DNA of 64,000 bases, taken from contig CAZVRK010000007.1 of NCBI GenBank assembly GCA_964629875.1, positions 169 through 64,168 on the forward strand. Reading direction: 5' to 3'. Both the position numbers and the translations under genes were made by a program. Position 1 is the stretch's first letter. Each line of letters opens with the position of its first letter. Below, piece by piece: positions 9,614 to 16,822 of the stretch. The notes below the pieces were generated by a model, which worked only from the letters and a program-made list of their open reading frames with translations, ran no database searches and was not told the origin of the DNA. Origin of the DNA: an uncultured Dehalococcoidia bacterium (GTDB lineage: Bacteria; Chloroflexota; Dehalococcoidia; Lucifugimonadales; UBA3495).

Positions 9614-9651
9614 TCCGGTCGCTCAAATTTAGAGTCTTGAAAGGGGTTTAG

Positions 9652-11679
9652 ATGATTTCCATTTATGTGGCTATAGTTGCAGGGGTCGTGGCTCTTGTTT
9701 TTGCTGCTCTCATGGCAATGAAAGTGGTCAAAGCAGACGAGGGCAATGACACTATGAAAGAGATTGCTGCTGCCATAAGAGTTGGCTCTTCGGCATTTTT
9801 GCGTAGAGAATATACCGCTCTTATTCCATTCGTGGTGGTCGTTGCGATTGTTCTAGGAGTTTTAATTGACTGGCTTACCATGGGATCTATTGTCCCAAAG
9901 ACAGCCATATCTTATCTAGTCGGAACGATATGTTCTGCTGTTGCAGGTTTTGTTGGGATGAATGTTGCGGTAAGAGCAAACGTTCGGACCGCCGCAGCCG
10001 CCATGAAAGGACTTAATCCCGCGTTGAGAATAGCTTTTTCTAGTGGTTCTGTTATGGGTATTACAGTGGTAGGGATCGGGCTACTTGGAGTTACCGTTCT
10101 TTATCTAGTTTTCCAAGATATAACAGTGGTCGCTGGATTTGGATTTGGAGCTAGCTCGATAGCACTTTTTGCCCGTGTGGGCGGTGGAATATTTACGAAA
10201 GCCGCTGACGTAGGATCAGACCTAGTAGGAAAAGTTGAAGCTGGTATACCTGAAGATGATCCTAGGAATGCTGGTGTCATAGCTGACAACGTTGGTGACA
10301 ACGTAGGTGATGTGGCCGGTATGGGTGCAGACCTTTTCGAATCGTATGTTGGATCGCTGATATCCTCCATAGCGCTAGCCGCTGCTGGTATAGGTGTTTT
10401 TGGAGACCAGGCAGTTTTCCCTCTGATGCTAGCAGGAGCAGGTATCGTGGCTGCGATACTTGGAACTTTTGTAGTGAGAAGTGGAGAGCAGGCTGATTTC
10501 GGCCAGTTACTGTGGGCCTTGCGCAGAGGAATATTTGCCTCGGCCATTTTGCTAGCGGTTTTTGCGTTAGGAATAATCCTCTATTTCGGCCTGGATATAG
10601 ATTGGTTCTGGTGTGTATTATCCGGCCTTGTAGCAGGTGTGGTTATAGGTTTAGCCACTGAATATTACACTTCGTATGAATACAAACCTACCAAACAGGT
10701 TTCCGAGTCATCCCAGACCGGAGCAGCTACTGTGATTATTAGCGGGTTGGCTACTGGAATGCTTAGCACCGTTATACCAGTGATAGCAATAGGTATCACG
10801 ATATTAATAGCCTTCCAGCTAGCAGGCTTCTATGGCATTGCATTGGCAGGAGTCGGATTGTTGTCCACTCTTGGTATCACGTTAGCCACGGATGCTTATG
10901 GTCCAGTGGCTGATAATGCTGGCGGAATAGCTGAACAGGCTCAATTGGATCCTCAGGTGAGAGAGAGAACAGATGCTTTAGATGCTTTAGGGAACACTAC
11001 AGCGGCTACCGGAAAAGGGTTTGCTATAGGTTCTGCTGCTCTTACCTCATTGGCTCTCTTGGCAGCATATGCCGTAACAGCTGAAATCACGTCAATAGAT
11101 TTGCTTAGCTCTACAACGCTAGTCGGTTTATTGTTGGGAGCTATGCTACCATTCTTGTTTTCAGCTTTTACTATGAAGGCTGTTGGCAGAGCTGCGTTCT
11201 CTATAGTAGAGGAAGTGCGACGTCAATTCCGCGAAATTCCTGGAATAATGGAGGGAACTGGCAAGCCGGATTACGCCAGGTGTGTAGATATAAGTACTAA
11301 AGGAGCTCTCAGAGAGATGATTGTTCCTGGAGTTCTGGCAGTGGTTGCTCCGGTTGCAGTCGGGTTCGTATTGGGAACTGAGGCGCTAGGAGGGCTATTA
11401 ATAGGGGCGGTTTCTGCAGGATTTATGCTCGCAATTACGATGGCCAGTGCTGGTGGCGCTTGGGACAATGCGAAAAAGTATGTTGAATTGGGTAATTTTG
11501 GTGGAAAGGGTTCAGATTCCCACAAAGCCGCTGTTGAAGGTGACATGGTAGGGGACCCATTTAAGGACACTTCTGGCCCATCTCTCAATATTCTTCTAAA
11601 GTTAATGGCTATTGTTTCTTTAGTTTTTGCGCCAGTTTTCGTTCAGGTTACTCCGTTAATCCAGATCATAACTGGGTAA
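9652..11679 (+). CDS. hppA: Membrane-bound proton/sodium-translocating pyrophosphatase
   Basis: 675 aa and very hydrophobic. GGIFTKAADVGSDLVGKVE and DNVGDNVGD signatures. Confidence 0.95.
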   Translation: MISIYVAIVAGVVALVFAALMAMKVVKADEGNDTMKEIAAAIRVGSSAFLRREYTALIPFVVVVAIVLGVLIDWLTMGSIVPKTAISYLVGTICSAVAGFVGMNVAVRANVRTAAAAMKGLNPALRIAFSSGSVMGITVVGIGLLGVTVLYLVFQDITVVAGFGFGASSIALFARVGGGIFTKAADVGSDLVGKVEAGIPEDDPRNAGVIADNVGDNVGDVAGMGADLFESYVGSLISSIALAAAGIGVFGDQAVFPLMLAGAGIVAAILGTFVVRSGEQADFGQLLWALRRGIFASAILLAVFALGIILYFGLDIDWFWCVLSGLVAGVVIGLATEYYTSYEYKPTKQVSESSQTGAATVIISGLATGMLSTVIPVIAIGITILIAFQLAGFYGIALAGVGLLSTLGITLATDAYGPVADNAGGIAEQAQLDPQVRERTDALDALGNTTAATGKGFAIGSAALTSLALLAAYAVTAEITSIDLLSSTTLVGLLLGAMLPFLFSAFTMKAVGRAAFSIVEEVRRQFREIPGIMEGTGKPDYARCVDISTKGALREMIVPGVLAVVAPVAVGFVLGTEALGGLLIGAVSAGFMLAITMASAGGAWDNAKKYVELGNFGGKGSDSHKAAVEGDMVGDPFKDTSGPSLNILLKLMAIVSLVFAPVFVQVTPLIQIITG

Positions 11680-11694
11680 AATGTCTCTATATAG

Positions 11695-11737
11695 TAATAA
11701 ACAAGAGGGCCGTTTTAAACGGCCCTCTTGTTTATTA
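11695..11737. terminator. Bidirectional intrinsic terminator between convergent genes
   Basis: TAATAAACAAGAGGGCCG (11695-11712) pairs perfectly with CGGCCCTCTTGTTTATTA (11720-11737). The loop is TTTTAAA, with A/T runs on both sides. Confidence 0.75.
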
Positions 11738-11762
11738 CCCAACCTTTGAGCTTGAATAAACG

Positions 11763-12758
11763 TTAGATGAGTTTCATCTGGTATCCTTGGCCTTGGTTAG
11801 AACCGGACTGTCCGAGGTGTATAGTTGGATGTCCCAGATTGCGTAGGTGTTGGGACAAATCGGGAAATCCATTTACAGTGTAGGTCTGTTTAGGTTGTAG
11901 GCTGTTTACTAATTCTACTAGCTCATTAAAATCTGCGTGATCACTATAAGGTAGAGAAATATCTGCTCTTCGTGAGAAACTTCTTCTCGGATTTACCGAC
12001 CATCCGGTTAACTCCATGAATTTAATCCTGTTGAAATTCTTCGTCAGTTGTGAACTGGCTTTTCCAGGGGGACAAATTAATAAACTCTCTTCAGGCCATG
12101 AATCTTCGGAAAACTGGGTTATTGATTTGTTGAAAGTTACTCCCGACTCAACGTATTTAAGAGTTATGTCGTAAACGCTTTTTTCCAGCAAGACGTTGAA
12201 GCCAGCTAGTTGTAGGTGGTGTAGTATTTCTTGAGATTTACCAAGTTTCCAGGAATTAATGACTGGCCGGATCCCGCGGTCCAACCACTCTTTAAGTTTT
12301 GTAATAGCTATATCCAATACGGTTGATGGTTCGGGAAAAGTGTATTCTGGATGCCCATACGTAGATTCAATGATAAGGGTGTCACAAGGTACGAGTTCAA
12401 AAGGTTTATTGATCGGGTTAAATCGTGTTTTAAAGTCTCCGGTATATAGTATCTTTTCTCCGGTCTCTAGTGACTGTATAAGAGTTTGAGCAGACCCCAA
12501 GCAATGACCTGCAGGATAAAAAGTAATTGTATGGTTCCCGTTTTCATATGTCTGATAATATGGCAAGGGTATGGGGATAGACTTCTTGTAATATTCTTCT
12601 AGTAATAGACCAGATTGCGGAGTCAAAATAGGTTCTATGTGGCGTGCAACATGATCTGAATGTGCATGAGAGACCACACATTTATCTTTTTTCCTTAAAG
12701 AGTCAAGCCATAAATCTAGCTCTGGTAGGTAGATGCCTCTGTCGAATACTGTGAGCAA
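11763..12758 (-). CDS. MBL-fold beta-CASP hydrolase, resembling the ligase-associated DNA-damage-response exonuclease
   Basis: HAHSDH (HxHxDH) motif. The N-terminus LTVFDRGIYLPELDLWLDS...VVSHAHSDHVARH resembles the roughly 330-aa exonuclease of Lig/Lhr/PdeM clusters. Confidence 0.6.
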   Translation of the reverse strand: MLTVFDRGIYLPELDLWLDSLRKKDKCVVSHAHSDHVARHIEPILTPQSGLLLEEYYKKSIPIPLPYYQTYENGNHTITFYPAGHCLGSAQTLIQSLETGEKILYTGDFKTRFNPINKPFELVPCDTLIIESTYGHPEYTFPEPSTVLDIAITKLKEWLDRGIRPVINSWKLGKSQEILHHLQLAGFNVLLEKSVYDITLKYVESGVTFNKSITQFSEDSWPEESLLICPPGKASSQLTKNFNRIKFMELTGWSVNPRRSFSRRADISLPYSDHADFNELVELVNSLQPKQTYTVNGFPDLSQHLRNLGHPTIHLGQSGSNQGQGYQMKLI

Positions 12759-12891
12759 GGTGACTCCAATTACGTTAGAAGTTGTTGATTGTGTGATATC
12801 ATCTGGGGTATCGCAACATTAGTATAGCAGTCCGGTATGAAGAGGCTATATGAAGAAGTTAGTTTAAATATATTTGCCAAGGAGGTTGGTT

Positions 12892-13353
12892 ATGTCTTTA
12901 GACATCGGAGATAGTGCCCCAGATTTTAAATTGGCATCAGTTAGTGATGGCGATATCACCTTGAGCCAGTTCAAAGGCGAGAAGCATGTCATCCTATCCT
13001 TTCATGTTTTGGATTTTACAGGTGGTTGAACCGATCAAGCGACTTCTTTTCGAAAATATAATGCTCAGTTCGAAGAGAGTGATGCCCAAGTTTTGGGTAT
13101 AAGCTGCGATCATGTAGCGGCTCATAGAGCATGGACAACTGCAATGGGAGGGCTTCCGTATCCAGAGCTCTCTGATTGGCATCCAAAAGGACAGGTTACA
13201 GCATCCTACGGGCTATGGAATGAGGAACGTGGTGCTGGCACTAGGGCTGTTATGGTAGTGGATAAATCAGGTGTTATAAGGTTTATGGAGAAATATGTTC
13301 CAGGAACATTGCCAGATCCTAATGAAATACTTCAGTTTGTAAAGGGTCTATAG
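12892..13353 (+). CDS. AhpE-like peroxiredoxin with in-frame UGA (putative selenocysteine) at codon 46
   Basis: GGAGG at 12881-12885 precedes ATG 12892. The frame passes TGA at 13027-13029 and joins the listed ORF 13093..13353 in the same frame. The product is ...HVILSFHVLDFTGG-U-TDQ..., with the UGA on the peroxidatic Cys position of the Prx motif. Confidence 0.7.
13044..13079 (+). promoter_or_regulatory. Candidate bacterial SECIS hairpin
   Basis: CUUUUCGAA (13046-13054) pairs with UUCGAAGAG (13069-13077), extendable by U13045-A13078 and U13044-G13079. The 14-nt apical loop is AAUAUAAUGCUCAG. The stem begins 15 nt after the UGA. Confidence 0.45.
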
Positions 13354-13396
13354 AAAAAGGACGGCTGCCCAGCCGTCCTTTTTCTATAGACCCTTT
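13341..13396. terminator. Bidirectional terminator: 27-nt perfect inverted repeat
   Basis: AAAGGGTCTATAGAAAAAGGACGGCTG (13341-13367) is the perfect complement of 13370-13396. The core is GGACGGCTG/CAGCCGTCC, flanked by A5/T5. Confidence 0.8.
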
Positions 13397-13411
13397 GTTA
13401 ATGTTGGAGGT

Positions 13412-14233
13412 CTACCCTCCAATCTTCTCGATTCGGTAACTCACAGTGCCTTTGGGCACGCTTATCGATATATCTTCCCCTACTCGTCTATCCAACAGCG
13501 CTTGTCCTACCGGAGACTGCGTTGATATCTTTCCTGCAGACACATCAGCTTCTCTCACGTCTACTAAAGTATATAGAATCTTTTTCCCCGAATCACCATC
13601 TTTTAATGTTACAGTGCAACCCATTGATACTTTCGCCTGTTGGGCTTTCCTACCTCTCTGGGTTATTATTTCCACCCTGCTTAATGTATCTTCCAATTCC
13701 CGTATCTTCGATTCTATTAGCCCTTGTCTCTCCTTAGCCGCGTCCAAAGGTGAATTTTCTCGAAAATCTTTATCTTCCATGGCGTATTTGATATCTTCAA
13801 CGACTGACACCCTATCTATTTTGAGTTCGTCAAGTTGAGTCACCAGACGCTCATATCCTTGTTGGCTTAGTTGGGTGCTTGGTGTGTCTTCAATCATTAC
13901 TGTTTTACTATTACCGCTGGTGGTTTTCCTATTGCGAGGTATTCTGAGGTGTGTTGCTAAGCTAGCTTCAATCCAGCCTTGGGTTTTTAAAAATGCTAGA
14001 AATTCTTTCACGGGACTAAGTCTAATGCCCGCATCAGAACCTCCTAGCCCCACATATTGGGCGTAATCAGCTATTTCCGCGGGTGCTAAGCTAGTCACTG
14101 CTCGCTCGCGTCCTAGCCAGGCTATAAATCTTCCAATCTCGTGATGTCCCTCAGTGGGTTTCTTCCCGTTCTTTTTTGCGGAAACGTATTGGCTTAAAGC
14201 CTCAGTACATGACAAACTAGTAGGTATTACCAC
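13412..14233 (-). CDS. greA: GreA-family transcript cleavage factor with a roughly 112-aa N-terminal extension
   Basis: The C-terminal 160 aa are canonical GreA: coiled-coil tip DFRENSPLDAAKERQ and a C-terminal domain ending VSYRIEKIGG. GTG 14233 has AAGGAG 7 nt upstream. The internal ATG 13897 lacks an SD. Confidence 0.8.
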   Translation of the reverse strand: MVIPTSLSCTEALSQYVSAKKNGKKPTEGHHEIGRFIAWLGRERAVTSLAPAEIADYAQYVGLGGSDAGIRLSPVKEFLAFLKTQGWIEASLATHLRIPRNRKTTSGNSKTVMIEDTPSTQLSQQGYERLVTQLDELKIDRVSVVEDIKYAMEDKDFRENSPLDAAKERQGLIESKIRELEDTLSRVEIITQRGRKAQQAKVSMGCTVTLKDGDSGKKILYTLVDVREADVSAGKISTQSPVGQALLDRRVGEDISISVPKGTVSYRIEKIGG

Positions 14234-14591
14234 AGTAGAACTCCTTATAGACGCGAGACGTCTGTCCCGACGATTTAGGATTTATTAACTGAACCTTATT
14301 AGAGAGTCCTTAGCAGAGGTTTGCCTAGTGGACAGGAGCTCTCTTTTGAAAGTTTTTAACTTTGTTTAAGACCACCCGTCTTTGGTAGATTTCTTGATCT
14401 TGTCTGGCGACAAATAACAACTATTTATGCACAATCTACAAATACTATGATAGCATCTTACACTTATCGTGGCAAACGTGGGCCAAGTAATTTGACCGAA
14501 TGCTAAAACCTGACTTTAGTATTTTTTGTTCTATTCCGAGTGTATACTGGCTTGTAATCTGTGATACTGAAATACTGTGAATGGAGGTCAT

Positions 14592-15557
14592 ATGAAAGCC
14601 ATACAAATTACAGAATATGGTGGGCCTGAGGTTATGAAATATTCAGAAGTTCCAGACCCAGTTGCTGGTCAGGGTGAAGCACTGGTGAAGATCGAAGCTG
14701 TAGGAGTTAACTTTACAGATATATATAGCAGGGCTGGGGTAAACCCTCCTGGATTACCCTGGATTGTTGGAGTTGAAGGGGCTGGAGTCGTTACTGCGGT
14801 AGGATCTGGTGTTGATTCTATCCGTGTCGGAGATAATGTTGCTTATTCTGGTGTGTTCGGTTCGTACGCCGAAATTGCATCTGTACCTGCTTCTAAATTG
14901 ATCAAACTTCCGGATGGACTTGATGCCAAGGCTGGAGCAGCGGTGATGTTACAGGGTATGACAGCACATTACTTGTGCCATAGTACATACGCAGTACAGC
15001 CAGGTGATAAGGTTCTGATTCATGCAGGTGCTGGAGGAGTAGGACTCTTATTGACGCAGATGGTAAAGAAACTGGGAGGGTATGTTTTTTCTACTGTATC
15101 TACAGAAGCGAAAGCACAATTATCACGAGAAGCGGGATCCGATCAAGTGATACTTTACGGCGAACAGGATTTTTCTGAAGAGATAAAGAAAGCTACTGAT
15201 GGTAAAGGTCTTCAGGCTGTGTACGATGCTGTTGGTGAGACAACCTTTGAAAAAAGCATTACTTGTTTAGGTAGAAGAGGTCATATGGTATTGTATGGCC
15301 AAGCAAGTGGGCCGCCTCCTCTAATAGACCCACGTCGCCTTGGTAATGGGTCCTTGTTTTTGACACGACCTGGCCTGGCAGATTACACAGCCGACAGAGA
15401 TGAGTTAGAGCATCGGGCTGGGGATGTATTGAACTGGGTTAAATCTGGTGATTTAAAGCTTAGAGTAGAGCACGTATTTCCGTTAGAAGAGGCTGCAGAG
15501 GCTCATTCTCAATTGGCTTCACGAGCTACAACGGGAAAAATTTTATTGATACCGTAA
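14592..15557 (+). CDS. NADPH:quinone oxidoreductase (zeta-crystallin-type MDR)
   Basis: GGAGG at 14584-14588 precedes ATG 14592. MKAIQITEYGGPEVMKY start and HAGAGGVGLLL nucleotide motif. Confidence 0.85.
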   Translation: MKAIQITEYGGPEVMKYSEVPDPVAGQGEALVKIEAVGVNFTDIYSRAGVNPPGLPWIVGVEGAGVVTAVGSGVDSIRVGDNVAYSGVFGSYAEIASVPASKLIKLPDGLDAKAGAAVMLQGMTAHYLCHSTYAVQPGDKVLIHAGAGGVGLLLTQMVKKLGGYVFSTVSTEAKAQLSREAGSDQVILYGEQDFSEEIKKATDGKGLQAVYDAVGETTFEKSITCLGRRGHMVLYGQASGPPPLIDPRRLGNGSLFLTRPGLADYTADRDELEHRAGDVLNWVKSGDLKLRVEHVFPLEEAAEAHSQLASRATTGKILLIP

Positions 15558-15567
15558 TCGATCGGCT

Positions 15568-15606
15568 TTTTCCCAGATAATTGTATATAATGGTTATCTG
15601 GGAAAA
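15568..15606 (+). terminator. Intrinsic terminator-like hairpin after the quinone oxidoreductase gene
   Basis: TTTTCCCAGATAA (15568-15580) pairs with TTATCTGGGAAAA (15594-15606) around a 13-nt loop. The downstream T-run is weak. Confidence 0.45.
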
Positions 15607-15647
15607 TAATAAATCAGAAGTAAATTAAATAACTTCTTGGAGGTTAA

Positions 15648-15956
15648 ATGGCTGAAGTAGTTAGTCAAGAGGAAGTTTACGAGGCTTTAAGGACTGTTTA
15701 CGATCCGGAAATACCGGTTAACGTGGTAGACCTGGGTTTGATATACGACGTTCAGGTAAGCGATGAGAATGACGTTTTTGTTCAGATGACATTGACCTTT
15801 CCGGGGTGTGGTATGGGGCCTCACATAGCCCAACAGGCTGAGTGGGCCATACAGGATGTAGAAGGTGTTGAGGATGTCCAGATAGAGTTGACATTTGATC
15901 CTCCTTGGAGCCCTGATCTAATTAGTGATGAAGCTAGGTCTTCTCTAGGTATATAG
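15648..15956 (+). CDS. DUF59/MIP18-family Fe-S cluster assembly protein (SufT/PaaD-like)
   Basis: VYDPEIPVNVVDLGLIY and TFPGCGMG motifs. Confidence 0.85.
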   Translation: MAEVVSQEEVYEALRTVYDPEIPVNVVDLGLIYDVQVSDENDVFVQMTLTFPGCGMGPHIAQQAEWAIQDVEGVEDVQIELTFDPPWSPDLISDEARSSLGI

Positions 15957-16012
15957 TTGGTTAGCCATTGTTTTCAGGTCCACAAAAATATCAGTAGTTT
16001 GCTAGAGGTTGA

Positions 16013-16822
16013 ATGAGTACTCCACAAGAAAATGCCCGCTTGGAACAAATCAAACGTAGTTGGGACCAAAGACGTCAGATAACTGATCGTTTATCAGGAA
16101 TTAAGTCTAAAATTGGTGTATACAGTGGTAAAGGCGGGGTAGGTAAAACCACGGTGTCAGTCAACTTGGCGGCCAGCTTGGCTTCAGAAGGAAAAAAAGT
16201 AGGGCTGTTGGATGTAGATATAGATTGCCCGAACGCTAATAAAGTTTTAGGTGTAACCGAACCTGCAGACTATGTTGATGGTCAGATAATACCTGCCGAG
16301 AAGTGGGGCGTTAAAGTCGTGTCAATGGCGTTCTTCCAGGAGAAAGAGGATGAAGCGATAATATGGCGTGGGCCAATGGTACATAATGCGATTAACCAGT
16401 TTCTCCAATCTACAGAGTGGGGAGAGCTGGATTACTTAATCGTGGATCTACCTCCAGGCACATCAGATTCCCCTCTTACAGTAATGCAGACTATACCTAT
16501 GGATGGGTTTGTAGTAGTCACTACACCTCAACTACTAGCCAATGTTGATGCGAAACGTTGTATTAATATGATTCGCAAGTTAAATTTGAATATAGTAGGT
16601 GTAGTCGAGAACTATACTGGAGATATATTTGGCCAGGGAGCAGGATCTGTGTTGGCCAAAGAAGTGGACACTGAATATCTAGGTAGCATAGCACTTAGGC
16701 AGGCGTATCAGGATACGAGTCGGCCGACTGTGTTACTGGATGATGAAGTCTCAACTGAGTATGATTCTATAACGACAAAGTTCAGAGAAAGCCTAAAGGC
16801 TTTGGGCAGAGAAGCCCCTTAG
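16013..16822 (+). CDS. mrp: Mrp/NBP35-family Fe-S cluster carrier ATPase
   Basis: Deviant Walker A SGKGGVGKTT and DLPPGTSD. Confidence 0.9.
   Translation: MSTPQENARLEQIKRSWDQRRQITDRLSGIKSKIGVYSGKGGVGKTTVSVNLAASLASEGKKVGLLDVDIDCPNANKVLGVTEPADYVDGQIIPAEKWGVKVVSMAFFQEKEDEAIIWRGPMVHNAINQFLQSTEWGELDYLIVDLPPGTSDSPLTVMQTIPMDGFVVVTTPQLLANVDAKRCINMIRKLNLNIVGVVENYTGDIFGQGAGSVLAKEVDTEYLGSIALRQAYQDTSRPTVLLDDEVSTEYDSITTKFRESLKALGREAP

Noticed and set aside
10101-10547. 148-aa minus-strand ORF inside hppA (also 9663..9908 and 11271..11588)
   Set aside because: These are Ala/Pro/Ser-rich antisense shadows of a highly conserved membrane pyrophosphatase gene.
12892-13353. Reading the interrupted peroxiredoxin as a simple pseudogene or sequencing error
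   Set aside because: The single stop is a TGA located exactly on the catalytic Cys codon. The frame is otherwise intact on both sides, with a strong RBS, a downstream hairpin and a terminator. This fits Sec recoding better than decay. It cannot be excluded until Sec-machinery genes are seen in the genome.
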